Source: a virus
DNA length: 64,000 nt
Virus record (IMG/VR): IMGVR_UViG_3300021560_000014
Coordinates: 32,001-96,000 of that record
Reading direction: 5' to 3' (one strand)
Below the pieces are notes generated by a model. It saw nothing but the letters and a program-made list of their open reading frames with translations. It was not told where the DNA came from and did not search any database. A program made the translations under genes and the position numbers. Shown here piece after piece: positions 9,781 through 20,296 of the stretch (position 1 is its first letter; each line of letters begins with the position of its first letter).

Positions 9781-10476
9781 GTGGGAGCCTTAGCAACAAC
9801 GCTGGCCGGGATAGTACCGGACACCACGGCTGAGCAGCGGCCCATTATCTTTCTGCTGTTCAGCACTGCTTTGCCTGACTTTACCTTGCAGGGCGTGCTG
9901 GGCGCGCTCGCTACCTTTGCGCCCATGCTGGTGGTGTTCGAGTCGCAGGGCCGAGGCGTCATCCGGCCTCAGGAAATTTCATTCACCCGGCCTGCCAAGG
10001 GCACCGTCATCAACACCGCTGAGGGGGCTTTCCTCGACGACTTCGGCGAGGGCGTGGCCACGATTACGATGTCCGGGCACACCGGCTATGGCCAGGGCGG
10101 CGGCCTCCCGGCGCTCAAGCTCATCGAGCTGCTGATTATCGAGTATCACTCCCGCCGTCAGACGCTGCGCAACAGTGGAGCCGACCCCAATGCGATCCGG
10201 CTTTGGTTCCTGGACGCGCTCAACTATGAGGCGTTCAGCGTCTACCCCATGTCATTCACGGTCCAGCGCAGCAAGGAGCATCCGCTGTGGGTCTACTACC
10301 AACTGCAAATGGTTGGCCTGGACGACCTGTTGTCCGAGCTTGAGGGCTGGCTCGCCACCAAGATTGACGCGGGCCTTGGCGGTCTAATCGGTGGGGGAAA
10401 CAAGCTGCTGCCCGCTCTGGGCGGATTGGCCAAGACGCTGGGCTCGCTGGAGGTCTCCTTCGGCAACCTGCTTTGA
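9781..10476 (+). CDS. Baseplate/tail tube initiator-like protein
   Basis: IRPQEISFTRP...DDFGEG..TITMSGHTG...FTVQRSKEHPL..YYQLQM; strong RBS. Confidence 0.6.
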   Translation: MGALATTLAGIVPDTTAEQRPIIFLLFSTALPDFTLQGVLGALATFAPMLVVFESQGRGVIRPQEISFTRPAKGTVINTAEGAFLDDFGEGVATITMSGHTGYGQGGGLPALKLIELLIIEYHSRRQTLRNSGADPNAIRLWFLDALNYEAFSVYPMSFTVQRSKEHPLWVYYQLQMVGLDDLLSELEGWLATKIDAGLGGLIGGGNKLLPALGGLAKTLGSLEVSFGNLL

Positions 10477-10486
10477 GGAACAAGAG

Positions 10487-11164
10487 ATGAAACACTTTGC
10501 CTGCGGTGCCGTTTCCTGCCCACCCAGATGTTCAGTGAGCGCGGTGATTGTGCGCGCTAATGGCTACCGGGAGGACCTGGGCGAGATCGCCTTTTGGGAC
10601 CCCAGCCTGCTGAAGCGGCTGCAATGGCGCTGGCGTAAAGCCCGCTCGGGCGCGTTCTTCCTGGCGGCTGACCCGGTCGGCGGCCTCATTACCACGCTGG
10701 GTCCGCTCTTCCTGGCCGCGTTTCAGGTTACTGGGGGCCGCGCGGTCGTCACGGGCCGTCTGCTCGGCACGACGCAGCCGTCACCACAGTACATGAGCTG
10801 GGGGACTGGGCCAGGTACAACCGGGCAGGGTGATACCACGCTCTTTGCCGAGACCTACTCGACCTTCAACAACGGCACCGGCAACCAGCGCATCATTGGG
10901 GTCATGACGCAGCAGAACATCTCCACGCCCAATGACACTGAGCAGGTGGTGGCGACGATTGCAGCGGCACAGGCGCAAAACGGCGTGGCCGGGCAGCTCA
11001 ATGGCGCGATTGCCGAGGTCGGCCTGTTCGACAACATCGGCACCTCGACCGCGCTCAGCGCCGCGCCCTCGGGCGGCAATATGTACTTCAAGGCTGACTT
11101 CGCGGCGGAGGTCCTGGCGCTTAACGATTCGATCACCTTCACCTGCCAGGTGCAGTACACCTGA
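10487..11164 (+). CDS. Virion structural protein
   Basis: WGTG....DTTL..E / IAEVGLFD...SGGNM...DSITFT motif of tail/baseplate proteins. Confidence 0.6.
   Translation: MKHFACGAVSCPPRCSVSAVIVRANGYREDLGEIAFWDPSLLKRLQWRWRKARSGAFFLAADPVGGLITTLGPLFLAAFQVTGGRAVVTGRLLGTTQPSPQYMSWGTGPGTTGQGDTTLFAETYSTFNNGTGNQRIIGVMTQQNISTPNDTEQVVATIAAAQAQNGVAGQLNGAIAEVGLFDNIGTSTALSAAPSGGNMYFKADFAAEVLALNDSITFTCQVQYT
10502..10525 (-). repeat. Dispersed motif copy 2
   Basis: In the 5' end of ORF 10487. Confidence 0.95.
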
Positions 11165-13014
11165 TGGCCAACTTCAACGTAACCGTTACCGCGCAAAGCG
11201 GGTCCAGCGCCAGTGTCAGCACCCAGGTGCAGCAGGTGCTTGGGCTTGTCGTCCAGGCCACGTCCGGCTCGCTGGCTGCGCTGCAAATGTACGTCACGCG
11301 CGCCCCGGCGTACAAAATCACGCCGCCGCTGGTCGAAGCCTATCTGCGCGGCTCGAAGGTGCGAGGGCCGCAAATTGTCGCCCAGCTGCAAGCCATCCTC
11401 CAGCTGGTGGCCTCCTCGCCGGTCAATCTCGCGCCGGTCGTGGGGCCGGTCGTGCTGCTTGAGCAGGCGGTCTGCAAGGTCATGAAGACCGTGGCGGCCT
11501 ACATGATGAACGACCCCAATTATCCGCACCTGCCGCTCGCCATGCAGGACTCGATTGCGCAGGCGGCGGTCTCCTGGGCCGAGCTGTACGCGGTGACCGG
11601 CAATGTGGCCTTCTACGACAAGTTCCCCAACGTCAGCTCGCTGCTCACTACCTCGCCCTCGGCCCAGCTCTTCAGCGCCCAGGCGCGGGCCGTGGCCACG
11701 GCGGTCGATGTCAGGCTGGAGAGTTTCCTCAATGTCCCCATCCTGGCCGGGCTCACGGTGCAGACCTTCTGGTCAACCACGCAGGAGGCGGTGGAATCGC
11801 TCAGCCGCCTGCTGGTGATCGACTATGTCATCGGCAGTGACCCGACCATCTATTACGGTCCCAACGCCACGGTGCAGAACATCGTCGAGGACGCGCGGCG
11901 GGTGTTCCTGGGCATCGGGCCGCTGGTGCCGGACGTGCAGGCGGTGCTGACCCAGATCAGAGCGGCGGTGGCCTCTGGCTACGTCGATACTTCGGCCCTG
12001 ACCATCACCTCGCTGCGGATGCCGTCCAATGCCAGTCTGCAACAGCTGGCCGCGCAAATCTACGGCAACCCCGATCTCTTCAAGCAGCTGGCGGATTTCA
12101 ACGGGCTGGTCTATCCCTACGTCTCCGACGACCCGATTGCCAAGCTCGGGCCGCCCAAGCAGCTTGGCGTGCGGCTGGCGGCTGACGTGGTGCAGGGCAG
12201 CAGCAGGTTCGCCATCACCAACGTCTCCAACTTCGCCCAGGACGACCGCCTGCTGTTTCAGTACGATGGCCACATACAGGTGGTCACCATCACGGGCATA
12301 TGGGCGGTCGCGAGCCTGCCCTCGTGGGACGCCATCGGCGGCATCGACGAGCTGCCCGACATCGACACCGGGGCCGGGATTATCAACATCGGCAGCTTCG
12401 ACTGGAACACGGTGCCGCCGCAATACTACGACCGCGAGGCGCTGAACTTCACCATCCAGGTCTCGCCGCCGACCGACATCGCCTACGCTGCGGCTAACAC
12501 CGTGGTCACGCTCTATCCGTCCACTTATGACGGCGGCGTGGTGCTCGGGACCGGTGACACGCTGCTGGTGCCCAATGTGCTCGGGCAATCGACCGCGCTC
12601 ATCATCGACAACAATTACACCGATGCCCAGCGGCTGGGGACCGACGCGGCGACCGATCAGGACGGCAATCTGAACATCGCCAACGGCGACCTCGCCACCG
12701 TGACCGGCGTGCCGAACCTCAAGCAGGCGCTCATCAACCGCTTCAAGGTCGAGCGCGGCATGCTCATCCATCACCCGACCTATGGCACCGGCCTCAGGGG
12801 CTACCTCGGCAGGGTGATCGGGCCGGGGTCGGCCTTCCTGGTCACGGTCGATGCCACCCAGACTGCGCTGGCGGACCCGCGCGTTACCGGGCTCGCCCAA
12901 ATTCAATCGCTGCTGATCGCCGATGCGGTCAACATTGAATTCAACGTCGCCTTGGCCAATGGAGTGCTGGCCTTTCCGACCAACCTGGAGCTGACCGTGC
13001 CGACGGGCGGGTGA
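11164..13014 (+). CDS. Baseplate wedge protein (LysM/tail-X-like region plus C-terminal gp25-like domain)
   Basis: SLQQLAAQIYGNPDLFKQLADFNGL and GDLATVTGVPNLKQALINRF...HPTYGTGL...DPRV. Confidence 0.7.
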   Translation: MANFNVTVTAQSGSSASVSTQVQQVLGLVVQATSGSLAALQMYVTRAPAYKITPPLVEAYLRGSKVRGPQIVAQLQAILQLVASSPVNLAPVVGPVVLLEQAVCKVMKTVAAYMMNDPNYPHLPLAMQDSIAQAAVSWAELYAVTGNVAFYDKFPNVSSLLTTSPSAQLFSAQARAVATAVDVRLESFLNVPILAGLTVQTFWSTTQEAVESLSRLLVIDYVIGSDPTIYYGPNATVQNIVEDARRVFLGIGPLVPDVQAVLTQIRAAVASGYVDTSALTITSLRMPSNASLQQLAAQIYGNPDLFKQLADFNGLVYPYVSDDPIAKLGPPKQLGVRLAADVVQGSSRFAITNVSNFAQDDRLLFQYDGHIQVVTITGIWAVASLPSWDAIGGIDELPDIDTGAGIINIGSFDWNTVPPQYYDREALNFTIQVSPPTDIAYAAANTVVTLYPSTYDGGVVLGTGDTLLVPNVLGQSTALIIDNNYTDAQRLGTDAATDQDGNLNIANGDLATVTGVPNLKQALINRFKVERGMLIHHPTYGTGLRGYLGRVIGPGSAFLVTVDATQTALADPRVTGLAQIQSLLIADAVNIEFNVALANGVLAFPTNLELTVPTGG

Positions 13015-13024
13015 TCACCTTCGT

Positions 13025-13048
13025 TGCGGCCCCGTTTCCTGCCCACAC
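13025..13048 (-). repeat. Dispersed motif copy 3
   Basis: Intergenic, before baseplate J. Confidence 0.95.
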
Positions 13049-13059
13049 CAGAGAGGAAG

Positions 13060-14214
13060 ATGGCTTTTCAATTCAGGAGTTCGGCGACGATTACGGCGGA
13101 GATGATCGCGCGCATCACGGCGATGGCCCCGCAGATTACGGACTATACCGAGGGTGGTATTGTCCGCTCGCTGGCCGAGACCGTGGCCGATGAGTTGCAA
13201 CAGCTCGACGAGGCGGTTTATGCGGGCCTGCGCGAGGCGATCAACACGGCGGTCTACAAAGCCTTCAGCTTCAATCGCAAGCCTGCCTCCTATGCACTGG
13301 GGATCGAGCGCTTCGTGGCTATACCTGGCATCATCGTCCCGGTCACCATCCCGGTCGGTACTCCGGTGATGGTGCCTGGTTCGGCGATTCAGTACACGGT
13401 GACGCAGCAGGGCGTGATCAATCCCGCTCCGGCCCCGAATTTCATCGACCTGCCGATTATGGCCTCGGTGCCAGGGTCGATAGGCAACACTCCGGCCAAC
13501 ACCATCACGCTCCAGGGTGGAGTTTTCAATATCCAGCTGGTCAGCAATCTTCAACCAGTCGTCAGTGGCCAGGATCAGGAGTCCGATCAGCAGCGCTTCA
13601 ACCGTTTTCAGAATTATATTGCAGGATTGACTCAAGCCACGCTGCCCGCGATCCGGGCGCTGGCGCTGTCCACCTCACTGACTGACGCCAACGGCAACAT
13701 CTACGAGGGGGTGCAGAATGCGCTGGTGGAAGAGCCCTTCCTGGAGGGGCAAGCCTTCCTCGGCCATGTCCTGGTCTACATAGATAATGGGACTGGGAGT
13801 GCTTCACCGGCCCTGGTGGCGGCGGTGACTAACAACCTGGCGGGTTATACTGACTCGCAGGGCGTTGAACACCTGGGGTCGATTGGCGCGGGGGTTGATT
13901 TTCAGGTGCTGCCGGTGACGCCGATGCTGCTGTCCCTCACGGTCGGCATTATCCTGCTGCCTGGAGCCGACCCGGTCGGCACTCCGCAGCTGGTGCAGAC
14001 TGCGGTCATCAACTACCTCATGAGCCTGCGGGTGAACGACGAGGCTGTGCTGAACCAGATCGACGCGGTGGTGATCGGTGTCGGCGGGATTCTCGATGAT
14101 CAGCTGGCAACTCCGGATGGCATCGTGATGACCACGAACGTGATTCCGCCCAACGGTTACCGGATCACGCCGGGAGTCATCACTGTGGTCGTGGTGGGGA
14201 GCTTCGGGTCCTGA
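13060..14214 (+). CDS. Baseplate J-like protein
   Basis: ITDYTEGGIVRSL, GSIGNTPANTI, GQDQESD...RF, AT..AI motifs. Confidence 0.9.
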   Translation: MAFQFRSSATITAEMIARITAMAPQITDYTEGGIVRSLAETVADELQQLDEAVYAGLREAINTAVYKAFSFNRKPASYALGIERFVAIPGIIVPVTIPVGTPVMVPGSAIQYTVTQQGVINPAPAPNFIDLPIMASVPGSIGNTPANTITLQGGVFNIQLVSNLQPVVSGQDQESDQQRFNRFQNYIAGLTQATLPAIRALALSTSLTDANGNIYEGVQNALVEEPFLEGQAFLGHVLVYIDNGTGSASPALVAAVTNNLAGYTDSQGVEHLGSIGAGVDFQVLPVTPMLLSLTVGIILLPGADPVGTPQLVQTAVINYLMSLRVNDEAVLNQIDAVVIGVGGILDDQLATPDGIVMTTNVIPPNGYRITPGVITVVVVGSFGS

Positions 14215-16178
14215 TGGCTTCGACACTGATCGGTAACCAGCGCATGGTTGATGCCCTGATGGCAGCCAGGGTCAGGCCGGTCTCTGCCGCTCCGATGCTG
14301 GCCGCTCCGGTGGCAGCTGGCGGTTATGTGCCTCCTGCGGTGCTGCTGCGGCTGCTCGACCCGCGCCACCTGACTGACGCGCTCAACAAGGAGCCCTCCG
14401 GCGACGGCATGATGCTGCCGGTCAACGCCCTGCTCTCGATGCAGGGCTATGATCCGCTCACCAACATCGCAGCGGGGATTCAGCTCGTGTACACGGGCGA
14501 CACTCTGGCAACAGTGACCGTGCGGCACTATCACCTCATTACCTCAACGGCGGCGGGATTCAACCTCTCACTCGACCTCTCGGTCATCCCTACCCTCTCA
14601 GCCCTGGTGGCGCAGATAAATGCCACCACTGGCTATTCAGCTCAACTGGATGCCGGGGCCGACCCCAATGCCTCGCCGCTGCGCCTGATCGAGATGGACC
14701 GGCAGAACATCGGGACGCAGGCGCTCAGGATGTTCGTCTCGACCTCGGTGCTGTGGTCGATTATGAAGGCCGTCGCCTGGGCGATTGAGGATTCCTACGT
14801 CAACCTGGTCAACGGCCTGCTCGAACTCGAACCGGCCACGGCGGATGGCCGCTGGGTCGATGTCTGGGGCAGCACCTACGGCAACGTCATCAGGAACGCG
14901 GGCGAGTCCGACAATGTCTATTCGACCCGCATCATCAAGGAGGTCGTGCGCCAGCGGCTGACGGTCGCCGCGCTGGAGCTAATCCTGCCGCAGGACCTCG
15001 GCTTCCCTGCCGGGTCCGTGACCGTCTCCGGCAATCTTTACCCGCTAGTCTTCGTCGTTGGCCAGACCAAGGTCGGCAGCAAGATCCTGTGCGACCGGAT
15101 TCACTGCCGGACGGTGTTCTTCGTCAATATCGACCAGGCAGTCACTGAGGCCATGACGCCTGCGCAGTGTCAGGCGTTCCCTGCGATACTCAATCGCAAC
15201 CGCATGGCGGGCACACTGCCGGTCACTCCCTGGCTGCCATATGTGGTGTGGCCAGCGGGCTCCTATGTGGTCTATGGGGGTTACATTTTCCATGCCGCAG
15301 CTGATGCGCCAGCTGGCTTGAGTCCGATCTTCGACTCGGTCGGCGAGGCCAATAAGTGGGGCGTCTCCATCAACTTTGGCGATCTGACCAATATCGCGCC
15401 GCTGGTGCCTTATCCATGGTTCATCCTGACCCCGCTGCCAGTCGGGCCGATTACACCTCCGGGGCCTCCGGGGTTGCAGTTCACCGCCCCGGTAATCAGT
15501 ACGGCCAGCGTGAGCATGACCGTCACGACGGCCCCGATACCTTACAACACAGTCGTGCTCAATGACGGTCCTGCCGCCTTCTGGCCTTTGGATGATGGAG
15601 CTGGTTCGAGTTCGACGCGGGAACTCGTCGGCAATGTAACCGGGACACCGACCAACATCACCTTCGGCGCAGCTGGCGCGACCAGCGACGGCGCTACAGC
15701 TGCATCATTCGATGGGGCGACGAGTCAGATCACGATCCCCAACCTGTGGGGAGGCAATCAATTTCCTCTGCTGCCGATCACTGTCGAGTTCTTCGTCAAA
15801 GGCTCGACGACGAGTCCAATCGGCATTTTTGACACCTTCCCCTCTAGCGCTGGTATGCGCAACTACCCGGCAGGTCAGTACGGCTATGTCAGCTATGCCA
15901 CCTATAACCTCGGCCTGCCGGACACCAACTGGCATCACGTCGCTTTCGTCATGTACTACACGACGCAGCGGATGCTTGATTATTACCTCGACGGTGTGCT
16001 CGTCCGCTCGACTTCCGACACTTCAGGCAACAACTACACGGGCTTCGGCACGCCGGGCATGCTCGGCAACATCAACACTGGCGGCGCGGGCTGGTTTGCG
16101 GGCTCGCTGGCAAAGGTGGCGATTTACAACAAGCAGCTGACTGCGACGCAGATCGCGAATCACTACGCGCGCAGATGA
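14214..16178 (+). CDS. Baseplate wedge (gpI-like) fused to a C-terminal LamG/concanavalin-like domain
   Basis: TADGRWVDVWG...RNAGESD..Y..RI; C-terminal PAAFWPLDD...TNWHHVA...YLDG...VAIYNKQLTATQIANHY. Confidence 0.8.
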   Translation: MASTLIGNQRMVDALMAARVRPVSAAPMLAAPVAAGGYVPPAVLLRLLDPRHLTDALNKEPSGDGMMLPVNALLSMQGYDPLTNIAAGIQLVYTGDTLATVTVRHYHLITSTAAGFNLSLDLSVIPTLSALVAQINATTGYSAQLDAGADPNASPLRLIEMDRQNIGTQALRMFVSTSVLWSIMKAVAWAIEDSYVNLVNGLLELEPATADGRWVDVWGSTYGNVIRNAGESDNVYSTRIIKEVVRQRLTVAALELILPQDLGFPAGSVTVSGNLYPLVFVVGQTKVGSKILCDRIHCRTVFFVNIDQAVTEAMTPAQCQAFPAILNRNRMAGTLPVTPWLPYVVWPAGSYVVYGGYIFHAAADAPAGLSPIFDSVGEANKWGVSINFGDLTNIAPLVPYPWFILTPLPVGPITPPGPPGLQFTAPVISTASVSMTVTTAPIPYNTVVLNDGPAAFWPLDDGAGSSSTRELVGNVTGTPTNITFGAAGATSDGATAASFDGATSQITIPNLWGGNQFPLLPITVEFFVKGSTTSPIGIFDTFPSSAGMRNYPAGQYGYVSYATYNLGLPDTNWHHVAFVMYYTTQRMLDYYLDGVLVRSTSDTSGNNYTGFGTPGMLGNINTGGAGWFAGSLAKVAIYNKQLTATQIANHYARR

Positions 16179-16203
16179 GATTGGGTTGGGTTGAGGGTCC
16201 TCT

Positions 16204-19200
16204 ATGAAGAAACTAATCGCGCTCCTTTTCATGCTCGTGGCCACGCTCGCGTGGGCGCAGACTGAGACTCCTCAGCCGTACAAACCCATCCCGAATTACA
16301 CCGGAGTGGGGGCCGGGCAGAAGCTGCTCGATGATATAAACGGCAAGCTCGCAGGCCCGGATGTCGTCCAGCCCGCGCTGGTCAAGCTCTATTTCGCCCA
16401 TCTGCCAGCTGAGAAAAACGGCCAGATGTACTATGTGATCGACGGCATGCCGGGCAGCAGCCCGTGCACTGGGGGAGGGGGTGGTGCAATCGCGACTGGC
16501 ATAAGTGGCCAGTGGTCCTGCAGTGGGGGAGGGGGAGGTGGTGGTGCGATGCCGGTCCCCTGCATTGGGAACATCCCGCTCGTCAGTGGGGTCGGGGCTT
16601 ATACTGCCAGCTGTGTGGGCACTGCCAGCTATTGCTCTTGCCGCGATACGACCAATCCCGCATTCACCTGCTATACTGGCAACCCTGTCACGGGCAGCGT
16701 CGCGGTCACTGGCAACGGCAATGACAACGCCCAGGTCATGTGTTCGACCACCTCGCCGACGTACCCGAGCGTCACCAACTACGTCGGCCCGGTGAACATA
16801 GCTGGCAACTCGGCCAATGGTACGGATGTTATCTCGGGCGTCAACGGCGTCTTACCCAACGCGCTGAACATGCAGGCGTTTGGCTATAAGACCGATGCGC
16901 GCAGTGACATTACGTGTGCTATCAATAACCTCGGCGGCAGTCCGGGGACCGTTACTGGCTGCACCGTGCTGGCCCTTACCTCCGCTGACGTTGGCCATCC
17001 GTTTCGGGCAGTCTGGCCAGGCTCGCCTTATGGCGCGAACGTCTCTGGTAGCGGTACTGGTAACCTCACGCCGTGTATTGCCTCAGTCACCGACGTGGCA
17101 AGTTTTGTCTATGGTGTGATCACTCACTGGACGCCTTCCTCCGTGATCGCGACTGGCAAGACCATCGAGGACTCCAATGGGAACACTGAGACAGCCACTA
17201 CAGGAGGCACTACGGGAACCTCCAAGTGGGGACCAACCTGGCCTGTCACGCAGGGGACGACTACCACTGACGGGTCAGTGTTGTGGACGTTGACCTCCCT
17301 GGGCTCGACTGGGGCTTGTCAGCAGGCGCCCTACCCCGGTACGTCGCAGACTGGCGTTTACGTGCAGACTGGCACTGACGACTTGTGGCCCATAATGCGC
17401 GCCGTGTTGTCGGTCGGGCCTGTGGGCAGTAACGCAGTCTATCCCATAAAGCTCTTTTTCAGCAGTGGTGTAGGCATGATAACTGACACCATTGAGCTGC
17501 GAGGGCGCAGTGGCGAGATCGGTGGCATCGGGTCGTTCCAGAGTTCGGCGCTGGCGACGCTGGTGTGGGATGGCCCGCGTGGGCATCCGGCCATGCGGGT
17601 GCATGGTGATACTGGGCTGTGGGTCCATGACTTTTACTTCATTCCCAACAGCAGCTCCAACAACCGATGGTCAGCCTGCGTTGACACGTTGCAGGACACA
17701 CAGCTGAACGCGTTCGACCGAATCGAGCGCATCAACTGCAATCCCGACTATGGCCCTCAGCCGGACTGGGGGTATGTCAACAACCTGCCGACACTCAAGT
17801 ATGGCACCTATGGCCTGGAGTTCGACCCTGACAGTACAGGGCAGAACGACCGCCTGCAGATCAACCAGCTGAGCACTGGGCGCGATGAGACCTGCTTCTT
17901 CGTTGGACAGCAGCAGATCGATACCGACGTAATCATGGATAGCACCTGCACGGCGGGGAGCAATACCTGCTTCGTGGACGATGCCGGAGGCCAAATCACC
18001 TTCCGCGATAATTCCTGTCTAGGCAATGGGTTGAGCTACTCCTTCGGTGGCGGTGTCAGGGTGTTCATTGACATGCCGACTTATCAGGCCGGTCCCGCGT
18101 GGCAAGGCGAGCAGATACCGTTCAGCCTGCAGCTGCTCCGTTTTGACAGTGGAGCTACGGTCGGTATGAATGGTCAGGCACCCGTGTCCGGCTCGCACAC
18201 GCCGGATAATGGCGTCACAATCGACACCGCAGGCAGAGGCATTCTCCCGGTTTATCCTGGCAACAGCGCTACGGTGGTGGCCAATCAGGTTGTTCAGCTG
18301 GCACCTAACTGGCCTGACTGGGAGCCTTCCCTGGGCGCTGCCCTGCCGAGCTTCGAGGCGTGGTGGCCGTCGAGTCCGTTCGGCAGCCGGACCATCATCC
18401 TGCCAGTGAACAATAACCCCAACTTGGATTACTTCATCGTCAATCCGATCCCTTCCTCCGCCAGCCCCATCGGCATCACCGGCCTGACTGAGCCGAATTG
18501 GAACAGCATCTGTCCGACCATCGGCATGAATTGTACTGACTCACAGACTGGCCATGCGGGTATCACATGGACCAACTACGGGCCGATTCCACCGCAGTAC
18601 GTTGTAGTCCCCAGCGTCGGCAACCCTGGACGCTTCGCCTTTCTGCTTACTGGCAGTGGGACGACTGGAACTGCTCCGCCCATATGGCCGCAGGCGGTGG
18701 GGTCACCAATCGTCGATGGGACAGCCAATTGGCTCAACATCGGCGTGCTGCCGACCAATCCCGGCCTGTTCGCCTTCCGTGCCTCGGCGGCCTGTACTAC
18801 TGGCTCGACTCCGCCCACAGCGTTCTCTCAGGCGCTCAATGGCACTACGTCTGATGGCGGCTGCTCTTGGGTCACTACTTACGGCGGAGTGTTTACCAAT
18901 GGTATCTGGCAAGGCACGAACGCCACGACCACGAACGTGCTGGATATGGCAAATGCCGGTATCGCTCAGGGTAGTGGAGGGACTGGCGACGCGGCCTCGG
19001 TGGCCGAGACCTATATCGACATGACACCGATCAACGGCAACTCCAGCCTGCCTCACACTGCCCTTTATGCTGGGTCGCAGTACGGCTTTGGCAAGCCCGG
19101 CGTCCTGCGCATCCGTACTGGTCTGGACAACAGCGGCACGAGCAACCGGCAGAACCAGATCATCTACCGGCGCGGCACTTATGGCGCATCGGCGGCAGGA

Positions 19201-20280
19201 GAGGTCACGGAGGAGACGATACCAGGGAATAGTCAGGTCTTTCAGACTTACCGCAGAGACTTGAATGGTAAGGTCAACGTAAACGGCGGCCCGCTCGCGC
19301 TCAATCAGTTGCCTGCTCCTACTACTCCGGCATCGGGCACCTGCATGGTCCCGGCCTGGGTTGCCAGCACTCCAGTCTTCAACCGCTGGGTGATAAAGCC
19401 GACAGCTGGCAACGCTGGTGCCTACTTCTTTCAGAACCAGACCGGGGCGACGTTCACTACTGGCACGACTCAACCGGCCACCTGGAATCAGACCGTTGGC
19501 GGCACGACATCGGACAATGGCAATCTCTGGACGAACGTGGGCAGCGGTGCGTCTGGAAGTCCCGGCGTTGGGGCTGCGGGGCTATATCGTGTCAAGACTA
19601 CCTGGCGCGCTGGGACTGGCGCGCTGCCGGGGGAGACGACTGCGAGCCCTGAGGCGACTGTCGCCTGTGGCCCGACTGACTCCCAGGTTCCGTCTGCCAC
19701 GACTGGTGTCCCGACCACCTATGGGGTCGCGATCACCTTCACCAATTATGTCGTGCAGGGGCCTGACTCAATTGGAGTCTACGCCACCACTGGTGCCGCG
19801 AACGCGGAAGCACTCAGCGTGATCACGCCGCTCGATACCTTCGGGGGCAATGGCAATACCGGGGGCTCGTTCAACCTGCCGGTCGCCCGTATAGTGCCGC
19901 CGCCGTGGGTGGTCAGTACGGTCCATGCAATCAACGATGTCATGAAGCCTGTAAACAACAATGCGGGCGGTTTCACTTATGTAGAGGTCAATCCGTACTG
20001 CCGTTCGAGCACCACCACGGAGCCGACCTGGTCGCAGGTTATTGCCGCTGCCACTACAGATGGCGAATGCTCGTGGGTCAATATCGGGCTGGGTACGCCG
20101 CCGACAGTCAACTCGACTACACCGCTGCAATGGGGCATCCCGGACGTTGCGCTCGGGGGCGGCGCGGCTCCGACGTTGGGCACGATTGGCGGCAGCGGCC
20201 CGGCTACGGCTGCACAGAATTCATGGCTTCAGCTGAAGGACTCAACTGGCGCGAACGTCTGGGTACCGATCTGGAAGTGA
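16204..20280 (+). CDS. Large Cys/Thr/Gly-rich tail-spike/adhesin-like protein with N-terminal signal peptide
   Basis: MKKLIALLFMLVATLAWA|Q; beta-helix-like region; repeated W.....G.T....P.W...G..T.DG...W.N.G modules. Confidence 0.6.
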   Translation: MKKLIALLFMLVATLAWAQTETPQPYKPIPNYTGVGAGQKLLDDINGKLAGPDVVQPALVKLYFAHLPAEKNGQMYYVIDGMPGSSPCTGGGGGAIATGISGQWSCSGGGGGGGAMPVPCIGNIPLVSGVGAYTASCVGTASYCSCRDTTNPAFTCYTGNPVTGSVAVTGNGNDNAQVMCSTTSPTYPSVTNYVGPVNIAGNSANGTDVISGVNGVLPNALNMQAFGYKTDARSDITCAINNLGGSPGTVTGCTVLALTSADVGHPFRAVWPGSPYGANVSGSGTGNLTPCIASVTDVASFVYGVITHWTPSSVIATGKTIEDSNGNTETATTGGTTGTSKWGPTWPVTQGTTTTDGSVLWTLTSLGSTGACQQAPYPGTSQTGVYVQTGTDDLWPIMRAVLSVGPVGSNAVYPIKLFFSSGVGMITDTIELRGRSGEIGGIGSFQSSALATLVWDGPRGHPAMRVHGDTGLWVHDFYFIPNSSSNNRWSACVDTLQDTQLNAFDRIERINCNPDYGPQPDWGYVNNLPTLKYGTYGLEFDPDSTGQNDRLQINQLSTGRDETCFFVGQQQIDTDVIMDSTCTAGSNTCFVDDAGGQITFRDNSCLGNGLSYSFGGGVRVFIDMPTYQAGPAWQGEQIPFSLQLLRFDSGATVGMNGQAPVSGSHTPDNGVTIDTAGRGILPVYPGNSATVVANQVVQLAPNWPDWEPSLGAALPSFEAWWPSSPFGSRTIILPVNNNPNLDYFIVNPIPSSASPIGITGLTEPNWNSICPTIGMNCTDSQTGHAGITWTNYGPIPPQYVVVPSVGNPGRFAFLLTGSGTTGTAPPIWPQAVGSPIVDGTANWLNIGVLPTNPGLFAFRASAACTTGSTPPTAFSQALNGTTSDGGCSWVTTYGGVFTNGIWQGTNATTTNVLDMANAGIAQGSGGTGDAASVAETYIDMTPINGNSSLPHTALYAGSQYGFGKPGVLRIRTGLDNSGTSNRQNQIIYRRGTYGASAAGEVTEETIPGNSQVFQTYRRDLNGKVNVNGGPLALNQLPAPTTPASGTCMVPAWVASTPVFNRWVIKPTAGNAGAYFFQNQTGATFTTGTTQPATWNQTVGGTTSDNGNLWTNVGSGASGSPGVGAAGLYRVKTTWRAGTGALPGETTASPEATVACGPTDSQVPSATTGVPTTYGVAITFTNYVVQGPDSIGVYATTGAANAEALSVITPLDTFGGNGNTGGSFNLPVARIVPPPWVVSTVHAINDVMKPVNNNAGGFTYVEVNPYCRSSTTTEPTWSQVIAAATTDGECSWVNIGLGTPPTVNSTTPLQWGIPDVALGGGAAPTLGTIGGSGPATAAQNSWLQLKDSTGANVWVPIWK

Positions 20281-20296
20281 GCGGGAGGGGAAGGTC